From assembly GCF_001194135.2 (NCBI RefSeq), contig NC_068993.1, forward strand, positions 8,577,825 to 8,616,637: a stretch of DNA of 38,813 nt. Direction: 5' to 3'. The position numbers and the translations under genes were made by a program. Source of the DNA: Octopus bimaculoides (Eukaryota). The notes below the pieces were generated by a model. It did no database searches and was not told the origin of the DNA. It saw only the letters and a list, made by a program, of their open reading frames with translations. Shown here one piece after another: positions 24,338 through 34,960 of this stretch (the stretch's first letter is position 1; every line of letters begins with the position of its first letter).

Positions 24338-24698
24338 TTATCTGATGTTTTCATTCTCTTTGTGAACATTGAAGCCTACTTCTTTAGACAAATTTCCATA
24401 CCTAATGCTGAAACAACGCTTTAATTTGTTTGGCACCATACTTTCGTTTGCAAGTATGTCCCCACAAACTAAGCACAAGGGACTAGGGTTGTTTTCATTT
24501 CCAGAAAATGTGAATCCTAGTTTTATATAATCTTTGTTGTATAAACGAGGCTTAAAAATTTTTCCTCTACCCTTCTCGCTCACTGATGCAGGTCGTTCAA
24601 CAGGTGTTTGGATGGTTTCCTTCATAGCTGTTAAATTTTGTTTAATTAGAAATGTCATCTTCTGCAACTTTTTTTTTCTTAATTAAAAACTTATACAT
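24338..24698 (-). mobile_element. hAT (Buster/Charlie, ZBED5/8-like) transposase N-terminal fragment with BED-type zinc finger, disrupted
   Basis: RLYNKDYIKLGFTFSGNENNPSPLCLVCGDILANESMVPNKLKR matches the Buster motif RKY..Y..GF......P.C..C...L.N.SM.P.KL.RH. The upstream ATG at 24698 gives MYKFLIKKKKVAEDDISN* in a different frame. Homology is lost after KLKR. Confidence 0.8.
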
Positions 24699-25092
24699 CT
24701 TATGGGTAATTTAATTACAATTTATGAATAAAACTAAGTTGATTTATTATAAAGTGATGATAACTAAACATGTAATTAATATCACCAGTAGTAAGCACGA
24801 TAAAATTAGAAATGGCAAGTTGCACTTAATTAGAACACCCAGTTCCTAAGGCTAAGCTTGCGAGACTGATGAACAGGGGACAAGAGTGGCATGAGTTTAA
24901 TGTGATTTCATAATTATTAATTCACCCTGAGTAATGCATAATACCAGTTATAGGTGAGTCCTAACTTGAGGCAATTTGAAAGCAGTTCTACTGTGTTTCA
25001 CTCATTAAAACAGGTGCGGATTTGCAAATTTTTAATCGATTTTCAATTTACTTCAGATAAGAGAAGAGTGTTTGCAATATATTAACTCTTTT

Positions 25093-25352
25093 CAGTTCTA
25101 TATTTAAGAGATGAAGAATTATGTACGTTATTTACATTCGATGGATATTTGTCCTCATCTTGTTTGTTGTTAACACAACATTTCATCAGGTGTCTTGGGG
25201 GAAATTGCGAACCTGGGCTCTCATTCCTAAGGTATTTTTTGGTGTTGTTGTTATTATTATTAATTTATTCACTACACATATGGCATAGTGGTTAAGAGCG
25301 CGGGCTACTAACCCCAAGATTCCGAGTTCGATTCCCAGCAGTGACCTGAATA
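25093..25352. mobile_element. Second head-to-head locus of the hammerhead-bearing SINE (minus-strand 3' part 25093-25265, plus-strand tRNA head 25277-25352)
   Basis: Same 3' end (cagttctatatttaagagatg...), same body (aggtgtcttgggg..cgaacctggg..ctcattcctaaggtattt), and A/B boxes at 25281-25291 and 25324-25335. Confidence 0.75.
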
Positions 25353-26885
25353 AATGAACGTGAAAAAATATTTTTGAAAGTCATGTGAGCTGTGCTGTTT
25401 TCTGACTTTGTAAGCCTGCCCATGTGTGTTGGACACATGGAGCTCAAAAAGGTTCTCAGGGTGGTTATTGGCACGATGGTTAATAATTTTATTACATCCC
25501 CATAACTCAGCCAGCACCACATGATAAGCTCCTAATACATTCTGTAAAGTGGTTGCTGTAGAAATCATGCCAAGAAAAATGACTGGAGCTCGATGCAGCT
25601 GTCTGGTTTACCAGTTCCTATAAAACCATGCACCCCATACCAGCATGGAGAACGGACATTAAATGATGGTGCTGGTTAATTTGTATTACACATGCACCGT
25701 CTTGTAGCTTGGGGATTTCGACGAGGTGATTGTTTATTTTTAGAATGACATTGTAAGATAGGTGTGAGAGGCCAGATCTGGCCAAATTGAGCATAAAACA
25801 GATGGAATATTTCAACTGGATATGGCCCGTTTAAGTGCTAATGGGGTTAATCCAAGGCTGTCAAGCACACATGACCCTCAGGTCACATCCAGCCTGCAGG
25901 TTGCACCCAAGCTGCATGCTGCAACAAGCCTGTTGCAATGCATTGTTAGATTAGAGACCNNNNNNNNNNNNNNNNNNNNNNNNNNNNNNNNNNNNNNNNN
26001 NNNNNNNNNNNNNNNNNNNNNNNNNNNNNNNNNNNNNNNNNNNNNNNNNNNNNNNNNNNNNNNNNNNNNNNNNNNNNNNNNNNNNNNNNNNNNNNNNNNN
26101 NNNNNNNNNNNNNNNNNNNNNNNNNNNNNNNNNNNNNNNNNNNNNNNNNNNNNNNNNNNNNNNNNNNNNNNNNNNNNNNNNNNNNNNNNNNNNNNNNNNN
26201 NNNNNNNNNNNNNNNNNNNNNNNNNNNNNNNNNNNNNNNNNNNNNNNNNNNNNNNNNNNNNNNNNNNNNNNNNNNNNNNNNNNNNNNNNNNNNNNNNNNN
26301 NNNNNNNNNNNNNNNNNNNNNNNNNNNNNNNNNNNNNNNNNNNNNNNNNNNNNNNNNNNNNNNNNNNNNNNNNNNNNNNNNNNNNNNNNNNNNNNNNNNN
26401 NNNNNNNNNNNNNNNNNNNNNNNNNNNNNNNNNNNNNNNNNNNNNNNNNNNNNNNNNNNNNNNNNNNNNNNNNNNNNNNNNNNNNNNNNNNNNNNNNNNN
26501 NNNNNNNNNNNNNNNNNNNNNNNNNNNNNNNNNNNNNNNNNNNNNNNNNNNNNNNNNNNNNNNNNNNNNNNNNNNNNNNNNNNNNNNNNNNNNNNNNNNN
26601 NNNNNNNNNNNNNNNNNNNNNNNNNNNNNNNNNNNNNNNNNNNNNNNNNNNNNNNNNCATCAAAAGCCCACCACCACCACCACCACCACCACTACTACTA
26701 CAACTACTACCAGCACTGCTTCTGAAGTTTACCACTATTATCTTCATTAATAACTCTACACACAAACACACAGACACACACACACACACACAAAACATAC
26801 ACTCACACACACAAACACACACATACGTTCAAACAAACACCACACACAGACACACACACACACACATACTAGCATTACATTCACT

Positions 26886-26917
<32 letters not shown>

Positions 26918-27200
26918 TATCCGAAATGTTCAGGACCGGAAGTGTTTTGGATTCTGAACTGTTATTTTTTTTTCCTTTTCAGATTTCAGTAAATTTTTCA
27001 GGAATTCGGAAATATTGTACATTTTCATCTGCTACATGTTTCAGTCATTGAATTGTGTTCATGCTGGAGCATTGCCTTAAAAGGGCTTAGTTGAACAAAA
27101 TCAACCCTGGGAAGGGGGTTGAGTTGAACAAATCAACCCAGGTTCTCTTTTGTTTTTCTTTTAGTCTGGTACTTATTTTATCAGTCTCTTTTGCAGAAAC

Positions 27201-27240
27201 TGCTAAGTTATGGGAATATATATATTCCCATAACTTAGCA
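27201..27240. repeat. Perfect 40-bp palindrome
   Basis: TGCTAAGTTATGGGAATATA|TATATTCCCATAACTTAGCA. Confidence 0.95.
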
Positions 27241-27339
27241 TATATATGGAGGCATCTTTGTCTTGATGTCATGTGGTAATTGTAAATAAGCGTCACTGTC
27301 ATACAAGCGGTGTCATGCATTTCCAATCTTCTGTGTTTC

Positions 27340-27491
27340 AATTTATGTTCTGAGTTCAAATTCCATCAAAGTCGACTTTGCCTTTCATCCTTTCGAGGTT
27401 GATAAAAATAAGTACCAGTTGCGTACTGGGGTCAATGTAATCAACTCGTCCCCTTTCTTGAAATTGCTGGACTTTGACCAAAATTCTAAAA

Positions 27492-27589
<98 letters not shown>

Positions 27590-27812
27590 ATGTGGCAAAC
27601 TGACAGAATCGTTAGCATGCTGGGCAAAATGCTTAGCGGCATTTCTTCTGTGTTCTCATTCTGAGTTCAAATTTCGCCAAGATCAACTCTGCTTTTCATC
27701 CTTCCAGGGTCAATAAAATTTGTACCAGTTGAACACTGGGGGGAGGGGAGGGGTCGATGTTATTGGCTTACCCCATCTCTTGAACTTGCAGCCCTTGTAC
27801 CAAAATTTGATG
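27340..27812 (+). mobile_element. Two SINE family 3 copies separated by (ATT)n(AGT)n
   Basis: ttctgagttcaaatt..gtcgactttgcctttcatcc occurs twice. Microsatellite at about 27494-27589. Confidence 0.7.
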
Positions 27813-28043
27813 NNNNNNNNNNNNNNNNNNNNNNNNNNNNNNNNNNNNNNNNNNNNNNNNNNNNNNNNNNNNNNNNNNNNNNNNNNNNNNNNNNNNNNNN
27901 NNNNNNNNNNNNNNNNNNNNNNNNNNNNNNNNNNNNNNNNNNNNNNNNNNNNNNNNNNNNNNNNNNNNNNNNNNNNNNNNNNNNNNNNNNNNNNNNNNNN
28001 NNNNNNNNNNNNNNNNNNNNNNNNNNNNNNNNNNNNNNNNNNN

Positions 28044-28170
28044 NTAGTGTTAGGAACATAAATTGTGACTAGGGTTTGGTGGAAGATTTTAATTCAGCAC
28101 TTTTGAAAACATGACATTTGTACTACAGAACCAGAGGTGGTTTCAGCCAGGTTGGTATCAAAAGGGTTAA
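28044..28170. mobile_element. End of a TTAA-flanked (piggyBac-like) MITE; related internal piece at about 6865-7045 and a similar end at about 25700-25850
   Basis: Ends ...ggttggtatcaaaAGGG|TTAA (28170) and ...tgctaatGGGG|TTAA (25850). It shares gaag(a/g)(t)tttaatt and (t)agaacca with 6970-7040. Confidence 0.45.
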
Positions 28171-29103
28171 ATGGTGGTGGTGGTGGTGGTGGTGGTGGTG
28201 GTGATGGTGATGGTGATGGTGATGATTCTTTCAGTCAATCAAATTTTGGACTTTGGAAGCTCTGAGGATTTCACATAAAGGGTTATCAACAGGACTACTA
28301 TTTCTACTACCATCGCTTACATCCATGTTTGCCTTCTCTTTCCTCTCTCTCTCTCTCTCTTCTACTACACCGCCACCATCACCACCAAAACCCAAAAGCA
28401 CTACCACTACCACCACCGCCACAATTACTGTCACCGTTTATCACTTCCAAGACTGCTACCTCTAGGGGCACTAACATTGCTCTCACCATCACTCTGACCC
28501 TTGCCTCCACTATAACTCCCACCTCTACTATCACCCCCACCGCTACCCCCACCACCACGACCATCATCACCTCTCCTATCACCACTCCCCTCCACCTGCC
28601 ACCAGTGCCTGTTAGTCAATACTTAAGTTCTTCAACTTAAGGGTATTTCTTGTAGTTGTGTAGAACGGGGGGTGGGGGTGGGGCAGGTTATTTTACATAT
28701 TTCATCTTGGTGCTCTTGTCATTCTCTTTCTATTCCTCCCCACCACCACCACTCTCTGCTACAATTGTTGTTCTTGTTATTTGTTAATTCCCATTCCTCA
28801 TCTTTCACCTCTCTTTCTTTCTTTCTTTCTTTTTTTTTTCATTTTCATCTTCGCAATTTTTTTTTATTTATTTCTTCAGCCTCATTCTTCGTTTTTTCAT
28901 CACCTCATTATTCTTTCCATCATCACCTTGTTTTTTTTTTTTTTTTCATCATTTCATTCTTCTTCTTCTTCACCTCATTCTTTTTTCTTTTTCATTCCCA
29001 TTCTACTTTTTTTTTATCACTTCATTTTTCTTCTTCGTCACCTCGTTCTTCTTATTCATCACTCCAATTTTTCTTTTGTCATCTCATTCTTCTCCATCGG
29101 CGC

Positions 29104-29503
29104 AGAAGTGGCTGTGTGGTAAGTAGCTTGCTTACCAACCACATGGTTCTGGGTTCAGTCACACTGCGTGGCACCTTGGGCAAGTGTCTTCTACTATAGC
29201 CTCGGGCCGACCAAAGCCTTGTGAGTGGATTTGGTAGACGGAAACTGAAAAGAAGTCCGTTGTATATATGTATGTATATATATATTTGTGTGTATATGTT
29301 TGTGTGTCTGTGTTTGTCCCCCCAACATCGCTTGACAACCGATGCTGGTGTGTTTACGTCCCCGTAACTTAGCGTTTCAGCAAAAGAGAGCCCGATAGAA
29401 TAAGTACTAGGCTTCCAAAGAATAAGTCCTGGGGTCGATTTGCTCGACTAAAGGCGGTGCTCCAGCATGGCCGCAGTCAAATGACTGAAACGAGTAAAAG
29501 AGT
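29104..29503 (+). mobile_element. Near full-length tRNA-derived SINE (family 1, the commonest in the window)
   Basis: Head gtggctgtgtggtaagtagcttgcttaccaaccacatggttctgggttcagtc with A/B-box-like motifs, an internal (TA)/(TG) tract and tail ...gcagtcaaatgactgaaacgagtaaaagagta. Many homologous copies occur in the window. Confidence 0.85.
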
Positions 29504-29981
29504 ATCACTTCATTCTTTTCTTTCGTTGNNNNNNNNNNNNNNNNNNNNNNNNNNNNNNNNNNNNNNNNNNNNNNNNNNNNNNNNNNNNNNNNNNNNNNNN
29601 NNNNNNNNNNNNNNNNNNNNNNNNNNNNNNNNNNNNNNNNNNNNNNNNNNNNNNNNNNNNNNNNNNNNNNNNNNNNNNNNNNNNNNNNNNNNNNNNNNNA
29701 CCATCACTGTCTATTTTTCTTTGCCCACTGTTGTTATTTTCCTTCCTTTCTGAGGTAAATATACCCCTTTCTAAACAAGGCTCACCAACGGAAAACTAAT
29801 CTCCAATGTTTTGAATTGACTCCCTTATGTATGCATCATGTGTGTGTGTGTGTGTGTATGTGTGTGTGTAGTCATCATAACAACATGATTACCTTAAGGT
29901 CGGGGAAGAAGGAAGGGTTCATGTTTTCATGTATATAAGTGCATGTGGATGTATGTGTAATAATGTATAGTGCCTCTGGTG

Positions 29982-30028
<47 letters not shown>

Positions 30029-30856
30029 CATACACACACACACATTAATATACATATATGTAGTATATATACACATGTATGTGTAGGCGTGTGTGTTTAT
30101 ATATATGTATGTATGTATGTGTATTTGTGTGTGCACATATATATATGTACATAAATATATATTTTTATGTGTATATGTATGTATATGCGTGTCTGTATAA
30201 AGGTATGTGGATCTATATCTGTGTGTATATATGTCATGAATACATGAATGTATATGTATGTGTGTGTGTATGTGTATATATATTTGTATATGAATACATG
30301 TATATATGTATGTGTATGTATATGTATACACACACACACATATGAATACACATATATTTGTGTTACTGAAAATGTTGGGTCTCCTGTCACAGGACAGCTC
30401 CTGTTTATCTAATAACTTTCGTGAAATCCTTTTACGCACACCCCTCTCCCCTCTCTTTCCCTCCCCTCGCATCCACCCTGCTTATATCATTTCAACACAC
30501 CCCTTGAAACATTCCCACACTATATATACACCATCCCAGTTTTTCCTTCATGGCATCCCTTCCTAAAATCATTTTATTTCTTTTATAATCCGTTTCTTTC
30601 GTCTCCTCACTCCTCATTATTATTATTATCATCATCATCATCACTATAGTGGGTCGGAAACTTGTTAAAGCATTGGAGAAAAGAAAGTGCTTTGCTCTAT
30701 TTGATTGGGCTGTTCAAATCCCTAAGTGTGAAGGAATATAACCAGGGTGGAACTAAGTACCACAAGATATTTTTGTTCATACTGAATTCTCCGACCTAAG
30801 CCAATATATATATATATACATCTATTTCTCAGTGTGTGTCTGTGTGTGTTTAAATA

Positions 30857-30925
30857 TACGCCATATTTGCTGGTATATAAGACGCACCCCCTCTTTTACA
30901 AGTATATTTTATGGAAAAAGGTAAA
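30857..30925 (+). mobile_element. Possible Tc2/pogo-like terminal inverted repeat remnant
   Basis: TA-c(g)ccatatttgctggtatataagacgcacccc resembles the CCGTATTT....TATAAGACGCAC termini of Tc2/pogo-like elements. The partner end was not found. Confidence 0.35.
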
Positions 30926-31864
30926 TTTAGTATGTTTCATTTGACACTTATTAAAAACTATTTAAACCCTTGTGTTACCATATTCCTGACGAATCGTATT
31001 GCCTTTGTTTCAGTGATTTTAAGAATAATGAAAAATTTAATAAGATGACAGAGGGGCTGGCACATGACTGCAAGCAATAGGGAGCACTGGTGGACTTTGT
31101 TGACTCAATTCATGTCGGACACGACTACAATCTCAGTTTGAAAAGTCTTCACGAGCACAGTATATTGCCAAAGGTCTCAGACACTTGTCACTGCCTCTGT
31201 CAGGCCCAACGCTTGATCAATGATTATTATGTGCCACCGGCACAGGGCACTGGAATCGGCCACAACTATAATTTCACTTGGCTTGACAGGTCTTCTTAAG
31301 CCCAGCCTATCGCCCAATGTTTGAGGGATGCTTTCACTGGCCAGTTACACAACACTGGCATCGGCCATCACTACAATCTCACAATAAGGAGCTCTGGTGG
31401 ACTTGGTTGGCTCAATGCATGCATGTTGATGCCTCAGGGATGCCCACCCCCAGCCCCATCAAGCAAGAGCATGAAACAAGCAAACAAGCATGAAGTTGGA
31501 GTTTGGAACATAAACTGAAATGAAATTGTTTATGTGTATATATGTGTGAGTGTGTATGTATATCTACATATGTGAGTATATTTATATATATCTATATGCA
31601 TCTATGTATATGTGTATATGCATGTATATATATTTGTGTGTGTGTCTATGTATGTATATGAGCAATTACAGCATGGAAGACATATATTGGCAATTCAGAA
31701 ACACACAAAAGCTGTTTTGACACCAAATAATACATCTTTAAATGAAGTTAACAGTTTGTGTGTTGTTTTTGAATAGCCAATATATATCTTCCATGCTGTA
31801 ATTGTTTTAGTTTCAACACACAGTTTCAGATCAAATTACTTGCCAGACATCTACATCGCAGCAA

Positions 31865-31922
31865 TATAAATATATATATATATATATACATACAAACATA
31901 TATATATATATACATACATAGA

Positions 31923-31982
<60 letters not shown>

Positions 31983-31985
31983 CAA

Positions 31986-32036
<51 letters not shown>

Positions 32037-32079
32037 CATACAAGCATATATATATATATACATACATATACATACAAGC

Positions 32080-32110
<31 letters not shown>

Positions 32111-32226
32111 CATATACATACAAGTATGTATATATATATATACATATACATACAAACATATATATATATATATATATATACATATACATACAAACATATA
32201 TATATATATATATACATATACATACA

Positions 32227-32272
<46 letters not shown>

Positions 32273-32310
32273 CAAGCATGTATATATATATACATCATAC
32301 ATATATATAT
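31865..32310. repeat. (TA)n interspersed with CATACATACAA(A/G)CA units
   Basis: Directly visible; source of the Y/I-rich pseudo-ORFs. Confidence 0.95.
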
Positions 32311-32379
32311 GTACATGATGATGATGACATATATCTATATATATGCACCTATATATATATTAATTATTAATTTTTGATT

Positions 32380-32960
32380 TTTAATAATGATTATTATAAA
32401 TAATTAATGCAATTTAATTTATATTATTTGCTATTTGAATAGAGATGATTAAGTATTCTAAATATATTAATTTACTATTTACCGATTGATTAATTGCGTA
32501 TTGTTATTATAATGACATGTAATTTTTAATAATATGAAAAAAATGAAAGGAATATTTCTTAATTAGCCATGGTATTTTTTAAAATAATTTTTTAAGTATT
32601 TAAAAAAATTTCTTCCTGGTATTTCAAAAAAATTAATGCGCTAAGATATATTTAGATTAAATTACTTAATAGTATAAAAATATATATTATGACCCTTGTA
32701 TTAGTTTATTTTTATTATTTTATTTTTTATCTTTGTTTTTGTTTTTAATTATTGACGTTCACGCTTGAAGACGTAAACATATCTAAATTCAGTCTTTTCT
32801 TGGATCGGTGAATCCTCATATATCAGAAATTACACTGAAGAGATTCTTACCCACAAACAAAGGATTCTTATGATTTTATTATGGGTAAGAATCGAAAGAA
32901 TTGTATGTAATTTGGATTTGATATTTATTATTTATTATAATATAAGAACGTAATATAGAT
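32380..32960 (+). mobile_element. Decayed Penelope-like element 3' end / pseudo-LTR
   Basis: Very AT-rich tract. YLNRDD* at about 32432-32452 resembles the LNRDxG motif at the end of PLE GIY-YIG ORFs and is followed by the hammerhead at 32827-32913. Confidence 0.4.
32827..32913 (+). ncRNA. Type I hammerhead ribozyme motif (family B) in an AT-rich Penelope-like remnant
   Basis: Stem I AAATTACA (32827-32834)/TGTAATTT (32906-32913) is a perfect 8 bp. Core CTGAAGA 32835-32841. Stem II GATTCTTACCCA/TGGGTAAGAATC is a perfect 12 bp. GAAA 32894-32897. GUA triplet 32903-32905. Stem III reads AGAATTGT, one change from the palindrome ACAATTGT. Confidence 0.78.
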
Positions 32961-33120
32961 TAAAACAAGTTCAGCAGTCAATATGATTGACAAAAATCAG
33001 TTTGTGTGGTGCCCCAGCATGGCCAGGCCACAGTCCAGTGACTGAAACCTATGAAAGACTATATCTGTGCGTGTGTGTGTGTATGTGCACCAAGCATGTG
33101 TATGTATGATATTTCTGAAA

Positions 33121-33502
33121 GTTGTTGGCACTCCGTCACTTACGACGTCGAGGGTTCCAGTTGATCCGATCAACGGAACAGCCTGCTCATGAAATTAACG
33201 TGCAAGTGGCTGAGCACTCCACAGACAGGTGTACCCTTAACGTAGTTCTCGGGGTTATTCAGCGTGACACAGTGTGACAAGGCTGACCCTTTGAATTACG
33301 GGTACAACAGTAACAGGAAGTAAGAGTGAGAGAAAGTTGTGGTGGAAGAGTACAGCAGGGTTCGCCACCGTCCCCTGCCGGAGCCTCGTGGAGCTTTAGG
33401 TGTTTTCGCTCAATAAACACTCACAACGCCTGGTCTGGGAATCGAAACCGCGATCCTATGATTGCGAGTCCGCTGCCTTTACCACTGCGCCATTGCGCCT
33501 CC
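33121..33502 (-). mobile_element. Full-length tRNA-derived SINE (family 2, possibly one of the octopus tRNA-Arg-related families)
   Basis: The minus strand begins ggaggcgcaatggcgcagtggtaaaggcagcggactcgcaatcataggatcgcggtttcgattccc (A and B boxes) and ends gagtgccaacaac. Confidence 0.85.
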
Positions 33503-33769
33503 ACATTTCTGAAAGTAGACAGTGTCAAACAACAAAGGCATGACATTATTATACATGTCTGTCTGTGCGTCTCTCTCGGTCTCTGGTAGTTGCTATGTTG
33601 CCATAGCAACAGGGTATATTCAGTATATCCTTACAATATCCATACAATGTTATGGTGATGATATTACATTTGTATTATTGATACTTTATAATAATGTGTG
33701 TGTCGATTGTAATTGCATGCTTCGCTGAATGCATAGGTATATATATGTCTGTTTGTGTGTGTGTGTGGT

Positions 33770-34080
33770 GAAGGTACATGGCTGGGTGGTTAGAATATTC
33801 AGCTCACAATTGCAAGGAATGTTGTGAGTTTGTTTCCCAGTGACGTGTCGTGTCCTTGAGTAAAATATTCTATGTCTCATTGCTCCAGTCTACTCAACCA
33901 GCAAAAACGAGTTGTACCAGTAATTCAAAGAGCCAACCGTGTCACATTCTGTGTCGCACTGAATCTCCTTGAGAACTACATTAAGAGTATGCACGTCTGT
34001 GGAGTACTCAGCCACTTGCACGTTAATTTCACGAGCAGGCTGTTCTATTGATCGAATCAACTGAAATACTCGTAACCGAT
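33770..34080 (+). mobile_element. Older SINE family 2-related copy
   Basis: cacgtctgtggagtactcagccacttgcacgttaatttcacgagcaggctgttc matches the family 2 body. Confidence 0.65.
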
Positions 34081-34297
34081 GGAGCTTCAGTTACATATGT
34101 GTGTGTGTATATGTAATGTTTGTTATTTTTTTGTTGGTGTTGCATTAATAGTTTTGTTGTTTAATCTTAGGTCAACCTTGTATAAACAAACCAAACTTAT
34201 GATCAGAAGCATTCCACTTCTGACCATTCCAGTTTTTTCATGGCATATTTTAGAACTTCATTATCTACTGTGTTTGTCCTTTGTTTAGAATTATACC

Positions 34298-34541
34298 GTT
34301 CTATATTTAAGAGATGAGGAATTATGTACATTAGTTACATTTGACGGATATTTGTCCTCATCTTGTTTGTTGTTAACACAAGGTTTCAGCTGATATACCC
34401 TCCAGCCTTCTTCAGGTGTCTTGGGGAAATTTCGAACCTGGGTTCTCATTCCTAAGGTATTTTTCGATGTTGTTATTATTATTATTATTATTATTCAAGT
34501 CACTGTCTGGAATCGAACTCGGAATCTTGGTGTTTGTAGCC
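34298..34541 (-). mobile_element. 5'-truncated inverted copy of the same hammerhead-bearing SINE
   Basis: Reverse complement aligns with 34574-34768 at roughly 90% by eye and continues into the 3' end (tgtacataattcctcatctcttaaatatagaac). Confidence 0.8.
34375..34420 (-). ncRNA. Minimal type I hammerhead ribozyme motif (family A), one stem III mismatch
   Basis: GACAC-CUGAAGA-A-GGCUG(gagggtatat)CAGCU-GAAA-C-C-U-U/GUGUU. Stem I GACAC/GUGUU and stem II GGCUG/CAGCU both pair. Position 16.2 is C where the other copies imply G. Confidence 0.7.
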
Positions 34542-34710
34542 TGTGGGCATATGGCATAGTGGTTAAGAGTGTGGGCTACTAACCCCAAGGTTCCGAGTTC
34601 GATTCCAGGCAGTGACCTGAATAATAATGATAATAATAATAATAATAATAATAATAACATCGAAAAATACCTTAGGAATGAGAGAGAACCCAGGTTCGAA
34701 ATTTCCCCAA

Positions 34711-34755
34711 GACACCTGATGAAGGCTGGAAGGTATATCAGCTGAAACGTGTTAA
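34711..34755 (+). ncRNA. Minimal type I hammerhead motif (family A), 3-nt deletion at the cleavage site
   Basis: GACAC-CUGAUGA-A-GGCUG(gaaggtatat)CAGCU-GAAA-CGUGUU. It lacks 3 nt relative to GAAACGTTGTGTT reconstructed from the other two copies. Confidence 0.65.
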
Positions 34756-34768
34756 CAACAAACAAGAT

Positions 34769-34960
34769 CATCATCATCATCATCATTTAACGTCCGCTTT
34801 TCCATGCTAGCATGGGTTGGACGATTTGACTGAGGACTGGTGCAACCGGATGGCTACACCAGGCTCCAATCTAATTTGGCAGAGTTTCTACAGCTGGATG
34901 CCCTTCCTAACGCCAACCACTCAGAGAGTGTAGTGGATGCTTTTACGTGTCACCCGCACG
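34769..34960 (-). mobile_element. SINE family 4 copy nested in the hammerhead-bearing SINE
   Basis: catcatcat..tttaacgtccgcttttccatgctagcatgggttgg..ctacagctggatgcccttcctaacgccaaccac; homologous to 21035-21230. Confidence 0.75.

Noticed and set aside
26915-27020. Resemblance to the Tigger4/Zombi subterminal sequence, and a strong-looking acceptor at about 26980
   Set aside because: Similarity recalled from memory only, with no TIR pair. The translations downstream do not resemble the expected Goliath exon 2.
28170-29100. Thr/His/Phe-rich ORFs (28231-29199)
   Set aside because: Translations of (GGT)n, (CAC)n and CT-rich low-complexity DNA.
30648-30800. Short inverted match ggtcgga(a/g)a at both ends of a 150-bp segment
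   Set aside because: Only 8 of 9 nt match and there is no clear target-site duplication; insufficient for a MITE call.
31090-31518. Two same-frame ORFs with three GHxYN repeats
   Set aside because: The nucleotide units match the SINE family 4 internal repeat, and an in-frame stop separates the ORFs.
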